Positions 1 to 10,098 of a DNA stretch of 64,000 nucleotides are shown piece after piece. Origin of the DNA: Blastocatellia bacterium (GTDB taxonomy: Bacteria > Acidobacteriota > Blastocatellia > Pyrinomonadales > Pyrinomonadaceae); the NCBI GenBank assembly GCA_033858155.1, contig JAWVCT010000043.1, forward strand, positions 6,351 through 70,350, in the 5' to 3' direction. Position 1 is the first letter of the stretch. Every line of letters starts with the position of its first letter. The notes below the pieces were generated by a model. That model was not told where the DNA came from. It was given only the letters and a program-made list of their open reading frames with translations, and made no database searches. Both the position numbers and the translations under genes were made by a program.

Positions 1-431
1 TTGCGATTGACGTGCGCGTCGACCGTGCCGATGCCTTCACCGCTCGAGGCGCGATAAAAGCTCACGCGAATGACGTCGTTGTTTATTCGCTGATAACCAA
101 AAACATACTCGCCCGGTTGCAGCAGCATGCTGCCGATTCTTAGCGATGTGTGGGTGATAAAGAAATGCGAGTACTTACCTTCGGCTGAGTATCCGGCGGT
201 GATCATCACGACCCCCGCGATGAACTTGCCGCGGCCGTCGGTTACTCCGGAGGCAGTGCGGAATTCGGTTTCAATATTTTCTTTGATCACCGGCGCGCGG
301 GCTGGGATTAGCTTGCGCAACTCTGCTTCGCCGGCGGGCCGCCAGCGCGGACGAACCGCTCTGGCCGGCCCGGACAAGCTTGCGAACACCATTGATGAAG
401 AGATAAGGATATTTATCAGAATGGCTGGCAA
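1..431 (-). CDS. hypothetical exported protein, N-terminal part (gene runs off the left edge)
   Basis: The minus-strand frame is open from 431 to base 1; it is absent from the ORF track because it has no stop in the window. TTG at 431-429 lies 6 nt after GGAGG (rev-comp of 438-442); an alternative ATG is at 392-390. The N-terminus LPAILINILISSSMVFASLSGPARA is signal-peptide-like. No family recognised. Confidence 0.4.
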   Translation of the reverse strand, partial: MPAILINILISSSMVFASLSGPARAVRPRWRPAGEAELRKLIPARAPVIKENIETEFRTASGVTDGRGKFIAGVVMITAGYSAEGKYSHFFITHTSLRIGSMLLQPGEYVFGYQRINNDVIRVSFYRASSGEGIGTVDAHVNR

Positions 432-585
432 TGATGACCTCCGATTTTAAGACGAAGCTACCTTAACTAGAGCGAACCGCAGCGGACTATCGAGTATAAT
501 CGATTTCGTACTGGCTAGTACGGTTTCGTAAATCGTTTCAATTTGCTGATCACTTCTAAGCCTTCGCTCTCTTGTAGCACAGTCA

Positions 586-3500
586 ATGCGCGCAACGGCT
601 CATATTAAGAAGCTCACGACCGGCAGTGCCTCAAGCTGGTTTTCTTTGCGCCTTAAGTCTGTCTTAGCGCCTTTGCGTGAAATATCAACATACGGCAAAT
701 ACATTTCACGCAAAGGCGCAAAGAGGATTGGAAGGCGCAAAGCAAAACCTGGACATTGCCTAACTGCCTGCATTGTTTCTTCCCTTCTCTTTGTGTGCTT
801 CGGTTGCAGGGAGGTGCTGGCCCTCGATCGCACACGCGATCTCTCTCAGTTCAAAGCCCAGGTGTGGCTGACCGAAAACGGCCTGCCTCAAAATACTGTG
901 CACTCGATTACTCAGGCACAGGACGGATACGTGTGGATCGCCACCGAAGAAGGGCTGGCCCGCTTTGATGGAATCAGGTTTGTCGTCTTCGACAAACAGA
1001 ATACTCCACAGTTGAAGAGCAACGACGTGCGGGTTCTTTTGGAGGATTCCCGAGGCGCCCTCTGGATTGGCACTGCCGGTGGCCTGGTGCGACTACTGGA
1101 TGGAAAGTTCACGACGTTCACGACGCAAAATGGTTTGCCGAGCAACGTCATTGATGCTTTATGCGAGGACCACAACCAAGCCCTGTGGGCGGCTACCTCA
1201 GCCGGACTGGTGCGCTTCGATAGCGGCGCCTTCAAGACAGAAAGCGAATTCGCCCGCGATAGCGTCCAGACTTTATTCGGAGATCGCGAAGGCGCTCTTT
1301 GGATTGGCACGTCCAATGGTGTCACTCGCTTCAGAGACGGAACCGTCACCAGATACACAACGCAAGACGGTCTGGCCAATGACAGTGTCGTCTCGATCAA
1401 TCAGGATCAGGAGGGCCGACTTTGGGTGGGCACCGTTGAAGGGCTCAGTTGTCTCGATGGTAATCGCTTCGTTACTTATACGACGCGTGATGGTTTACCA
1501 AACAATCGAATTATTTCCCTGGCGGTGGATCGCGAAGGCAGTGTTTGGGTCGGCACTGCCGGAGGTCTGGCTCGTTTCGCGGACAAGCATTTCTTAACCT
1601 TTCGCGTTAACGATGGCTTGGCAAACGAAATCATTCTCTCTCTGTTTGAAGACCGCGAAGGTAGTTTTTGGGTCGGCACGGAATCGGGCGGCCTGAATCT
1701 CTTGAAAGACAAAAAATTTACGACCTATACGTCCAGGGAAGGCCTGAGCAGCGATTCGGTGAAATCGATCTACGAAGATCGTAAGGGCAACATTTGGATC
1801 GGAACGAATGGCGGTGGCCTGAATCTCTTAAAAGATGGCAAGATAACGACCTACACAACGGCGGACGGTTTATCGAGTAACGTCGTGCTCGCTTTGTTCG
1901 GCGATGACGACGGTAATCTTTGGGCGGGGACTCCGGACGGCTTGAATCGATTCAAGGATGGCAAGTTCAAAACCTTTACGTCCGCTGACGGGCTAGCCAA
2001 TGATTTTGTGCGCTCGATCTGCGCGGACCACAGCGGCAATCTCTGGATCGGCACGCGCGGCGGGCTAACGCGGTTGAGAGGTGAACGCTTCAATATTTAC
2101 ACGACCGCGGATGGGTTGCCGAACGACTTTGTGGGAACGATCTATGAAGACACGCAGGGCAACATCTGGATCGGCACGCTGGGCGGCTTGAGCAAGTTTA
2201 GCGATGAAAAGTTTACTACTTACAGCAGCCGTGATGGGCTCTCGAGTGACGTCGTGATTTCACTTCATGAGGACAACGACGGGGCGCTGTGGATTGGAAC
2301 CAGCGGCGGCGGACTCAATCGACTGAAGCAGGGAAAGTTCACCGCGTACACCATTCGCAACGGACTGCCCGATGACGTCGTTTATAGCATCCTCGAAGAC
2401 CGGCAAAACAATCTTTGGCTGAGTTCCAACAAAGGCATTTTCCGCGTCGACAAGCAGCAGTTGGATGACTTTGCGAATGGGAAAGCCGCTTCGATCGCGC
2501 CCGTGCTTTATGGGCCCGCTGACGGAATGATCACGCGAGAGTGCAGTGGTGGGGGACATCCGGCGGGTTGGCGGAGCGCTGACGGAAAACTCTGGTTTGC
2601 GACCATCAAGGGTGTGGCGATGATCGACCCTGAGAGGATCAAGCTTAACGATCAGCCGCCGCCAGTAGCCATTGAACAGATCCGCGTCGATGACGAATCG
2701 ATTAGCCCGGCTCAAACAATTGAGTTAGCGCCCGGCAAGAGCCGCCTTGATTTTTATTACACCGCGCTCAGTTTCGTGGCCCCTGAAAAGGTGAGGTTCA
2801 AATACAAGCTCGAAGGGTTTGATAGTGACTGGGTGGATGGCGGGACGCGCCGCATTGCTTACTATACAAATCTGCGGCCGGGCCCGTACAAGTTCCGCGT
2901 GATTGCTTCCAACAATGACGGCCTGTGGAGTCCCACGGGCGCCACGTTCGATTTCTATTTGAGACCGCACTTCTATCAGACTTACTGGTTCTATGCTCTT
3001 GGTATTTTGAGCCTGGCGTTCTTGATCTGGCAGCTATATCGATTTCGGCTGAAGCAGGTCGAGTCGCAATTTGCCGCGGTGCTGGCCGAGCGAAATCGCA
3101 TGGCGCGCGAGATTCACGATAACCTGGCGCAGGAGATGCTGGGCATCTCAGTCCAATTGGAAGTCGTAGCCCGAACGATGCCGGCTTCCGCGGAAGTGGC
3201 CAAGACTCACCTGGATCGAGTAAGGCTTCTGGTTCGTCACGGGATTGCCGAAGCGCGACGGTATGTTTGGGACTTGCGCTCGCAGGCTCTCGATCAGAAC
3301 GATCTGCCGGCGGCGTTGAGTGATACGGCGCGGCGTCTGACATCTGAGACTGCGATCCAGGCGAAGGTCGAAGTCAGCGGAACATTTCGACCTCTCAGCC
3401 AGTTGATTGAAGGCAATCTCTTGCGCATCGGACAGGAAGCCATCAACAATGCAGTGAGACACGCGCACGCTCAAAACATTCTGATTAATTTGAAATTTGA

Positions 3501-3693
3501 CGCGAAACGCGTACAACTGAGTGTGCGGGATGACGGACTCGGGTTTGATCAGATGCCGGGGAACGGCGACGGCAAACACTTCGGCCTGATCGGCATGCAG
3601 GAACGCGCGGAGCAAATCGGCGGCACCTTGAAAATAGATAGTCGTGCCAATGAGGGCACGGAGGTTTTGGTCGATGTGCAGATCAGTGGTTGA
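586..3693 (+). CDS. sensor histidine kinase with periplasmic beta-propeller repeats, Y_Y_Y-like segment, TM helix, HisKA_3 and HATPase_c
   Basis: 1035-aa ORF with about 14 tandem ~45-aa repeats (..LW[IV]GT..GL.R..). It has FKYKLEGFDSDW (Y_Y_Y-like), a TM helix YWFYALGILSLAFLIWQLY, the H-box REIHDNLAQ, and ATPase boxes EAINNAVRHA / DDGLGF / GLIGMQERA. The start is uncertain because the first ~55 codons overlie a palindromic repeat (641-748). Confidence 0.9.
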   Translation: MRATAHIKKLTTGSASSWFSLRLKSVLAPLREISTYGKYISRKGAKRIGRRKAKPGHCLTACIVSSLLFVCFGCREVLALDRTRDLSQFKAQVWLTENGLPQNTVHSITQAQDGYVWIATEEGLARFDGIRFVVFDKQNTPQLKSNDVRVLLEDSRGALWIGTAGGLVRLLDGKFTTFTTQNGLPSNVIDALCEDHNQALWAATSAGLVRFDSGAFKTESEFARDSVQTLFGDREGALWIGTSNGVTRFRDGTVTRYTTQDGLANDSVVSINQDQEGRLWVGTVEGLSCLDGNRFVTYTTRDGLPNNRIISLAVDREGSVWVGTAGGLARFADKHFLTFRVNDGLANEIILSLFEDREGSFWVGTESGGLNLLKDKKFTTYTSREGLSSDSVKSIYEDRKGNIWIGTNGGGLNLLKDGKITTYTTADGLSSNVVLALFGDDDGNLWAGTPDGLNRFKDGKFKTFTSADGLANDFVRSICADHSGNLWIGTRGGLTRLRGERFNIYTTADGLPNDFVGTIYEDTQGNIWIGTLGGLSKFSDEKFTTYSSRDGLSSDVVISLHEDNDGALWIGTSGGGLNRLKQGKFTAYTIRNGLPDDVVYSILEDRQNNLWLSSNKGIFRVDKQQLDDFANGKAASIAPVLYGPADGMITRECSGGGHPAGWRSADGKLWFATIKGVAMIDPERIKLNDQPPPVAIEQIRVDDESISPAQTIELAPGKSRLDFYYTALSFVAPEKVRFKYKLEGFDSDWVDGGTRRIAYYTNLRPGPYKFRVIASNNDGLWSPTGATFDFYLRPHFYQTYWFYALGILSLAFLIWQLYRFRLKQVESQFAAVLAERNRMAREIHDNLAQEMLGISVQLEVVARTMPASAEVAKTHLDRVRLLVRHGIAEARRYVWDLRSQALDQNDLPAALSDTARRLTSETAIQAKVEVSGTFRPLSQLIEGNLLRIGQEAINNAVRHAHAQNILINLKFDAKRVQLSVRDDGLGFDQMPGNGDGKHFGLIGMQERAEQIGGTLKIDSRANEGTEVLVDVQISG
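641..748. repeat. nested palindromic repeat, CGCAAAGG/CCTTTGCG family
   Basis: Perfect 17-bp arms GCGCCTTTGCGTGAAAT (667-683) and ATTTCACGCAAAGGCGC (703-719). Outer arms are TTTGCGCCTT (645-654) and AAGGCGCAAA (732-741). Same motif family as 45246-45337. Confidence 0.8.
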
Positions 3694-3776
3694 GGTCTTT
3701 GTTGGACGGACCTTCAGAGTCCTTAGGCCACAGAGTATGGTCCAACACGCAGTGCCTCTGGGCATGTGATCCACTA

Positions 3777-4385
3777 ATGGAAAAGTATTTGCTGATTATC
3801 AAAGATATTATTCTGAGCCTGGCGGCGCTTACGGGTGCTGTTGTTGCCGTTCGTGGGCTTAGCGCCTGGAAGAGACAGCTAAGTGGTAAGACTGAATACG
3901 AATTGGCACATCGTCTCCTTAAGGCGACCTATAAACTTCGGGAAGCGGTTCGTCTTGTTAGAAGCCCTGTTATGTTTGGCGGCGAAACGCCAGAGCCGCC
4001 TGAGGGCCATCCTGCCGCAGAATCTGAAGCGGAAAAGAGAAGCTATGGAGTAACCCAAGCGTATGAGAAACGATGGGAGAATGTTCGGAAGGCTCATATT
4101 GATATAGAAGCTGAATTGATAGAGGCTGAAGTGCTATGGGGTACGCAGGTAAGGGAAAAATTCTTAAGCCTTTTTGACGTAGAACATGATCTTTATGTAA
4201 ACATCCTAGCGTATCTCGATCATATCAACCCGGCGAATCGAGAGCGCCGGACTCCCGAAGAGGCCAAAGCCAATCGTATGATCCTTTTTTGGGGCGGCTC
4301 AAATGACGACTTCTACAGACGACTTCAAGTCTCGATTGCTACGATTGAAAGCGAATTGAAGCCGCATCTCAAACGATACGGGTGA
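3777..4385 (+). CDS. hypothetical membrane-anchored helical protein
   Basis: ATG at 3777 gives 202 aa. One N-terminal TM helix (LLIIKDIILSLAALTGAVVAVRGL) is followed by a charged helical domain. The gene is visibly AT-richer than its neighbours. No family recognised. Confidence 0.6.
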   Translation: MEKYLLIIKDIILSLAALTGAVVAVRGLSAWKRQLSGKTEYELAHRLLKATYKLREAVRLVRSPVMFGGETPEPPEGHPAAESEAEKRSYGVTQAYEKRWENVRKAHIDIEAELIEAEVLWGTQVREKFLSLFDVEHDLYVNILAYLDHINPANRERRTPEEAKANRMILFWGGSNDDFYRRLQVSIATIESELKPHLKRYG

Positions 4386-4435
4386 ATCATGACACGAGGC
4401 CAAACACTCATCGCACCGGGGTAGGCGTACTAGAG

Positions 4436-4525
4436 AGGACGCAACCCCATCGGGGTTGCGCCGGATTGGAATTCGGTACCCCAGGGTAGCCGCGGCGGCA
4501 ACCCTGGGCTGGAGGTCGTAACCTC
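4436..4525. repeat. double-hairpin intergenic repeat
   Basis: CGCAACCCC-atc-GGGGTTGCG (4440-4460) and CCCAGGGT-N12-ACCCTGGG (4480-4508), lying between the hypothetical ORF and the response regulator. Confidence 0.75.
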
Positions 4526-4577
4526 TTCGCGGTTTTTGATCAGAACTTCCTGAAGTTTGTCCGGACGTGATGAACGG

Positions 4578-5207
4578 ATGAGTGATAACACGATCAAGAT
4601 CATGGTGATTGACGACCAGGCAGTCGTGCGTCAGGGTTTCGTCGCTCTCATCAACACCGTCGCGGATATGTCTGTGATTGCCGAGGGCACGAATGGACAG
4701 CAGGCCATCGAACTCTATCGGCTGCACCGGCCCGACATTACTTTGATGGACTTGCGGATGCCGCAACTGGGCGGCGTCGAAGCGATCACGGCTATTCGAA
4801 AAGAGTTTCCGGACGCTCGTCTGATCGTGCTTACCACCTTCGACGGCGATGAAGACATTTATCGTTCATTGCAGGCCGGCGCCCAGGGATATTTGCTCAA
4901 AGACATGTTCTTCGAAGAACTGGAAGAGGCGATCCGAAAGGTGCATGGCGGGTCGCGGCGAATTCCGACTCACGTAGCTGAGAGGCTGGCCGAGAGAATG
5001 GGCAGTTCGGACCTCACTGGGCGCGAGATCGAGGTGCTGGAACAGATCGTGGGCGGCAACAGCAATAAGGCGATCGCCAGCCGACTGAATATCAGTGAAG
5101 CAACCGTCAAGAGCCACATCAATAATATTCTCAGCAAGCTGGGAGTAAGCGATCGCACTCAAGCCGCCACCACGGCATTGCAGCGAGGCCTGGTTCACCT
5201 GCGTTAG
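4578..5207 (+). CDS. NarL/LuxR-family response regulator (REC + HTH)
   Basis: The receiver domain shows VIDDQ, the acceptor Asp in ITLMDLRMP, LTTFD and GYLLKD. The C-terminal LuxR HTH is LTGREIEVLEQIVGGNSNKAIASRLNISEATVKSHINNILSKLGV. ATG at 4578 is preferred over the track start TTG at 4557. Confidence 0.92.
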   Translation: MSDNTIKIMVIDDQAVVRQGFVALINTVADMSVIAEGTNGQQAIELYRLHRPDITLMDLRMPQLGGVEAITAIRKEFPDARLIVLTTFDGDEDIYRSLQAGAQGYLLKDMFFEELEEAIRKVHGGSRRIPTHVAERLAERMGSSDLTGREIEVLEQIVGGNSNKAIASRLNISEATVKSHINNILSKLGVSDRTQAATTALQRGLVHLR

Positions 5208-5230
5208 TCGCGTGAGCCAACAAAGAATCA

Positions 5231-5334
5231 GCCACAGATAAACACGGATGACACAGATTAGTATCGGAAAACCCGGACAGAACCGGGTCGCTGGCGTCTA
5301 TTCTGATCTGCGTTTATCCGCGTAAATCTGTGGC
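5231..5334. repeat. inverted-pair repeat, CCACAGAT family
   Basis: GCCACAGATAAACACGGATGACACAGAT (5231-5258) is an imperfect reverse complement of ATCTGCGTTTATCCGCGTAAATCTGTGGC (5306-5334). Confidence 0.8.
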
Positions 5335-5822
5335 TCGGTTCCGGCCGTCTCCACCTAAAGTTGTAGACAAAAACCCACCACGAGGCTCATGACATGCAGC
5401 CAACCTCATGTTACCTTCTCGTTCGTAATCACCAATTTCCCGGTCGCGGGTTCTTTGAATCATAGGTCTTGGTATTCCTACCTAACTTTGTTGCAAAAGC
5501 GAAAGACCGTTGCTTCATGCAGTCGAGCCCGCGACCGGGCACTCAAGCCAAGCAGTAGCATAGTCAGACAGTCAATCCAGGCTTCATTCGAGCTGTTTTT
5601 TTGCGGACCTAATTTAATTCAGTCATAGTGAGCCTGAAGGAAGTTCTGTATTCGGGCCGCTCAATAGTCCTTTTGGGATTTTGAGAATGATGCGAGCTAG
5701 TGGGCATTTAGTCCTCGGCCAAGTGTTTCACCAGTATGTGCTCCTGCCTGAGATCAGTGACGCGCTCTCGATCTCCTGCCATCATTTCATGCCAAGTCAA
5801 CCCGAGCAGAGGTGAAGAGATC

Positions 5823-8800
5823 ATGGGTTTTCCGTTCGTTAGGTGCTTCAAAACCAAGAAATCGTGGCGGCTCTTCCTATTTGCCGGAGCGGTGCAACTC
5901 GGGTTAATTGCCTCGCCTGTCTTTGCTCAGAGCAATTATGCGAGCCTCGGCGGTACTGTCTACGATCCTCAGCATCAGGCTATCCCTGGCGCTTCCGTGC
6001 AGCTCACTTCCGACAGCACCCACGCAGTTCGGCAAATCGTCAGCAACGATCAGGGCATGTTCCAAGTTACGGGCCTGCTGCCGGACCTTTACAAAGTCAC
6101 CGTGCAGGCCCCGGGCTTCGCGCTCTTCAATCAGACGGTACGATTGGAAGTCGGGCAGCAGACGACGTTTGATGTAGACCTGACGCTCTCTTCCCTGAAC
6201 ACGACCGTGCAGGTCGAAACGCAAACAGCGAGTGTGTTACGGACGACGGATGCCAGCGTAGGTGAGGTTGTTGAGCAGACCTCGATTCGCAACCTGCCAC
6301 TCAATGGGCGGATGTTAGTCGATCTGGTGCTGACAGTTCCGGGCGCGCACGAGAGTCACGGCGCACAGGCCGGCGACATGAGCCCGCTGTACTGGCGGCC
6401 GGGACAGCGATCGGCGGTTAGCATCGGCGGCAACCGGCCCAACGCGAATTATTTCCTGCTGGACGGAGCTACCAATACCGATCCGACGTTCAATACTCTT
6501 AACCTGAGTCCCTCGCCCGACACCGTCCAGGAATTCAAAGTGCAGACGGGAAGTTATACGGCTGAGATGGGCGGCGCCGGCGGCGGCCAAATCAATATCG
6601 TCACGCGAACCGGCACCAACCAGTTTCACGGGACTGGTTACGAGTTTCTCCGCAACAATGTGTTCGATGCCCGCTCGTTTAATCAAATGGACTCGTCGAA
6701 TCATCTGGTAAGAAACAATTTTGGTGGATCGCTGGGTGGGCCAATCATCCGGAACAAAGCATTTTTCTTCGTGAACTACGAAGGGCTGCGGTTAACACAG
6801 TCCGATACGATGATTGACACGGTGCCGACCGCCGATGAGATCAACGGTGATTTCAGCATGAGCGGCGCTACCATCTACAACCCATTCAGCTCGCACGCAA
6901 ATCCGAATTTTGATTCGACCAAGCCGCTCAGCCCGAGCAATCCACAGGTCATTCGCGATCCGTTTCCTGGAAACGTCATTCCTACGAGTCTGATTGACAA
7001 GAAAGCCCTGCTCTTTCTCACTCAATACGTTCCCCGACCTAACATGGATATGGGGATGAATGGCTGCGGCATGACGATGATGGGAGTGCCGCTGGTCGTG
7101 GGGGCCGGCGCTGACTGTAACAACTATATCGACGTGCGCAATGAACACCACCGCACCGATCAAGCGACGATCCGGTTCGATCAAAACCTCAAACGTGGCG
7201 ACAGCCTGTTCGCGCGCTATTCGTTTAGCAGTGAAAAAGGTTTCATGCCGCAGAACCTGCCCGGCTTCGGCGCCATCCACAACAACCTCTCGCAAAACGG
7301 CACCGTGGGATGGAATCGCGTTTTCAGTCCCAACGTCGTGAACATGGCCAACATCACGGTCTCGCGTCTGTCGATGCATCGCACTTCCGAGAACAGCTTA
7401 TCCAACGACATTGTTTCTCAACTGGGAATTAGTGGGGTTGGCTTTGGCGGTCAGGGCGCTTACGGCGCGCCTTGGTTCAACGTGCAGGGCTATTCCGGCA
7501 TGGGCGACACTTATATCGCAACACCGATGCACTCCTGGGACACGATCCTGGAAGCGCGCGACACGTTGAGCTGGCAGAAGGGCCGGCATAGCCTGAAGTT
7601 CGGCGGCAGCTATCGCAATTTTATTTGGCCGATGTGGGGATTCTTCCAAAACCGAGGCTACTATCAATTCACTAATGGGTTTACTACTCAGACAGCGACA
7701 AACGATGGCACAGGATCGGCACTCGCGAGTTTCCTGCTAGGTCTTCCGGCAGTAAAGCAACGGCAGGCGGGCGTTCCGCAGATGCAACTGCGCCAGTGGT
7801 ACGCGGATGCGTTTGCCCAGGACAGCTTTCAGTTGAGTCGCAACACGACAATTCAGATTGGGCTGCGTTATGAATACATGAGCCCGCTCAAGGACATTCG
7901 TTACGCGAACACGAATCTCGTCTTCAAGGACGGTGTGCCTTTTGTTTTCATCGGCGGCCAACAGGGCTTCCCGGAAGGCTTGAACAATTCCAACAAGCTG
8001 AACTTTGCGCCGCGGGCAGGCATCTCGCACAGCATTCCCAGCCTCGGGCTCGTTTTCCACGCGGCCTTTGGTATTTTCTTTACACCCGTGGACATGAATA
8101 CGTGGTGCAACCAGCGTCACAATGTCCCTTATGTTTTTCCCGAGACGCAGCAGAGCGATAACTTCACTCCGGCAGCCGGCATTGTCGCGAGTCATTTCAA
8201 TTTTGCGCCGGCAGTCCTGGGCACGACCACGGTTAGCTTTGCTGCTTTCGAGCTCAACGCAAAACCACAATACATCGAGCAGTGGAGCGGTTCCGTAGAA
8301 AAGAGTTTGGGCTCTGCGACTACTTTGGAAGTCGGCTATCTCGGATCGCACGGAGTGCATCTGCAAAGATCACATCTAATCAATAACGCTGCTCCGGGAC
8401 CAGGAGCGATAGGACCGCGCCGGCCGTTCAAGACTTTGAGTTTTCTGCCCGGCATGGTTTTGCCCACTGACATCACCATAGCCAATACGACATTTCCGGT
8501 AAGCGGCATTAACCTTTTGGAGAATTCCGCGCAGAGCTGGTACGACGCAGGTTATGTCAATGTCCGCCGCCGCTTTGCTCGCGGCTGGACCTTGTTGGCC
8601 AACTACACCTTTGCGAAAAACCTCAGCGACGCTCCGGATTTCCGCTCGCCGATGTTCGAGTCGGCCGCGCCGCAAAATAATTCCAACCTCAGCGCTGAGA
8701 AGGGTCCCGCGTGTGACATCCGCCATCGCTTCGCGCTGAGCAGTGTCTATAATATTCCTTCGTGGGGTAAGACTGGCTTCGTGAGTAAAGTTACGAAGGA

Positions 8801-9251
8801 TTGGCGGCTGTCGGCCATATTCCAGGCGCAAAGCGGATTTCCATTTACGATCTCGGTGTTCGGCGATACCGCGAACGCGGGCACGCTCCTGGGCGAAAAC
8901 CCGATTCGCGCGAATTACACCGGTCAAGCAGTCTTCGGCCCCGGCACACATACGGCTTCCAGTTGGTTTAATACGGCAGCCTTCGCGACACCCGCGGCCT
9001 TCACTTTCGGAAATGTGGGACGAAACTCGGTCTATGGTCCCGGCAGGCAGACTCTCGATCTGGCTTTACAAAGGGAATTTGGCATTACAGAAAACGTAAA
9101 ATTCCAGCTTCGCGCGGAGGCCTTCAACGCTCTCAACCATACGAACCTGGGCACACCCAACCGCTTTGTAAACACACCTCAGTTTGGCACCATCACGGAA
9201 GCCGCGACGCCGGGTCGCGAGATCCAGTTAGGTGTTCGGCTGTCGTTCTAG
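5823..9251 (+). CDS. TonB-dependent outer-membrane receptor with N-terminal carboxypeptidase-regulatory-like domain
   Basis: ATG at 5823 follows GAGGTGAAG. The signal peptide ends ASPVFAQ. It has a CarboxypepD_reg-like start (GGTVYDPQHQAIPGASVQLT..VTGLLPDLYKVTV), a long barrel, and a C-terminal ..IQLGVRLSF with terminal Phe. Confidence 0.9.
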   Translation: MGFPFVRCFKTKKSWRLFLFAGAVQLGLIASPVFAQSNYASLGGTVYDPQHQAIPGASVQLTSDSTHAVRQIVSNDQGMFQVTGLLPDLYKVTVQAPGFALFNQTVRLEVGQQTTFDVDLTLSSLNTTVQVETQTASVLRTTDASVGEVVEQTSIRNLPLNGRMLVDLVLTVPGAHESHGAQAGDMSPLYWRPGQRSAVSIGGNRPNANYFLLDGATNTDPTFNTLNLSPSPDTVQEFKVQTGSYTAEMGGAGGGQINIVTRTGTNQFHGTGYEFLRNNVFDARSFNQMDSSNHLVRNNFGGSLGGPIIRNKAFFFVNYEGLRLTQSDTMIDTVPTADEINGDFSMSGATIYNPFSSHANPNFDSTKPLSPSNPQVIRDPFPGNVIPTSLIDKKALLFLTQYVPRPNMDMGMNGCGMTMMGVPLVVGAGADCNNYIDVRNEHHRTDQATIRFDQNLKRGDSLFARYSFSSEKGFMPQNLPGFGAIHNNLSQNGTVGWNRVFSPNVVNMANITVSRLSMHRTSENSLSNDIVSQLGISGVGFGGQGAYGAPWFNVQGYSGMGDTYIATPMHSWDTILEARDTLSWQKGRHSLKFGGSYRNFIWPMWGFFQNRGYYQFTNGFTTQTATNDGTGSALASFLLGLPAVKQRQAGVPQMQLRQWYADAFAQDSFQLSRNTTIQIGLRYEYMSPLKDIRYANTNLVFKDGVPFVFIGGQQGFPEGLNNSNKLNFAPRAGISHSIPSLGLVFHAAFGIFFTPVDMNTWCNQRHNVPYVFPETQQSDNFTPAAGIVASHFNFAPAVLGTTTVSFAAFELNAKPQYIEQWSGSVEKSLGSATTLEVGYLGSHGVHLQRSHLINNAAPGPGAIGPRRPFKTLSFLPGMVLPTDITIANTTFPVSGINLLENSAQSWYDAGYVNVRRRFARGWTLLANYTFAKNLSDAPDFRSPMFESAAPQNNSNLSAEKGPACDIRHRFALSSVYNIPSWGKTGFVSKVTKDWRLSAIFQAQSGFPFTISVFGDTANAGTLLGENPIRANYTGQAVFGPGTHTASSWFNTAAFATPAAFTFGNVGRNSVYGPGRQTLDLALQREFGITENVKFQLRAEAFNALNHTNLGTPNRFVNTPQFGTITEAATPGREIQLGVRLSF

Positions 9252-9332
9252 GTCTTCTGTCTGAAGTAGGTTGGCTTAACCCAGTAATGCAGGGACTTCC
9301 TTTTCCGTGATCGGAAATATTAACTGAAATGT

Positions 9333-9408
<76 letters not shown>

Positions 9409-9729
9409 GCACTGTCGTGATCATTGTCAGGATCGCGAACCAGTTACGGTAGCGTAGGGTAAAAGGAAGTGTCAAACCGCGAAGCGTCAAGGATGCAATT
9501 TGTTTAGAGCGATAGTGATTGTGTCGGGTCGTAGGCACGAAATGTCTGTAGAAGATATGCGCCGTTCTTCTTCGAGCTCCATCGAAGCGAAAGACGTTTG
9601 TGCCGCTCCAAACGCAGCTTGGAAATCTTCCTGGTTTCGCGAGCTATAAATATCTCGCTCCGGAGCTGAGCGATCGACTCGCATTGGCCACGCAGACGGG
9701 AAGACGGAGATTGAAGAGCCTTTGCCGTT

Positions 9730-10032
9730 TCAATGCAGGCCCTCGATCGACCTATCAAGCATATCCTTATCAGCTTCATTGCCGAACGCAAATCGCAATG
9801 CAAAACCCATTTCCGCCACGGCGTAAACCACCTGACCCCAGAGCGTCGCGTTCTCCCGCGGAAAGTTAACCTCGAGTCGGATCAACTCGCCCGGCTTAAC
9901 GACGGCGCTGGTCAATACAAAACAGCCCAGCGAGCTGAGGTCGCACACTGCGCCCCGGCCCTGGGTCCGCAAGCCTTCCCAGCGGGTATTCAGATCGATA
10001 CGCAGACGTTCTGCTGCTCGTCGCTCTTGCAT
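9730..10032 (-). CDS. PilZ domain protein (c-di-GMP receptor type)
   Basis: 100 aa with an RxxxR motif (ERRAAERLRI) and D/NxSxxG (DLSSLGCF). Confidence 0.8.
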   Translation of the reverse strand: MQERRAAERLRIDLNTRWEGLRTQGRGAVCDLSSLGCFVLTSAVVKPGELIRLEVNFPRENATLWGQVVYAVAEMGFALRFAFGNEADKDMLDRSIEGLH

Positions 10033-10098
10033 CAGCCAAACTTCGCCCTATAATCAAGCCTCAATTCGCGAGTCGGTTCGAGCCGCATACTTTAGCAC

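Noticed and set aside
127-450. 107-aa plus-strand ORF at the left edge
   Set aside because: It is antisense to a longer open minus-strand frame that has a GGAGG-TTG start and a signal peptide. Its own sequence is low-complexity with no SD.
600-3774. Many 60-208-aa ORFs antisense or out of frame within the sensor kinase gene (for example 912-1400, 2260-2715, 2798-3343 and 3148-3774)
   Set aside because: They are fully nested in a 1035-aa ORF with clear domain motifs. Their Arg/Ser/Pro-rich composition is typical of wrong-frame translation of GC-rich coding DNA.
5335-5822. Cobalamin (or other) riboswitch in front of the TonB-dependent receptor
   Set aside because: I could not find the conserved B12-box-like core or other riboswitch cores by eye. 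A covariance-model scan would be needed to be sure.
9420-9729. ORFs 9487-9684 and 9504-9803 (minus) between tRNA-Glu and pilZ
   Set aside because: They are mutually overlapping and lack an SD or any motif. One runs into the pilZ coding region. Treated as non-coding.
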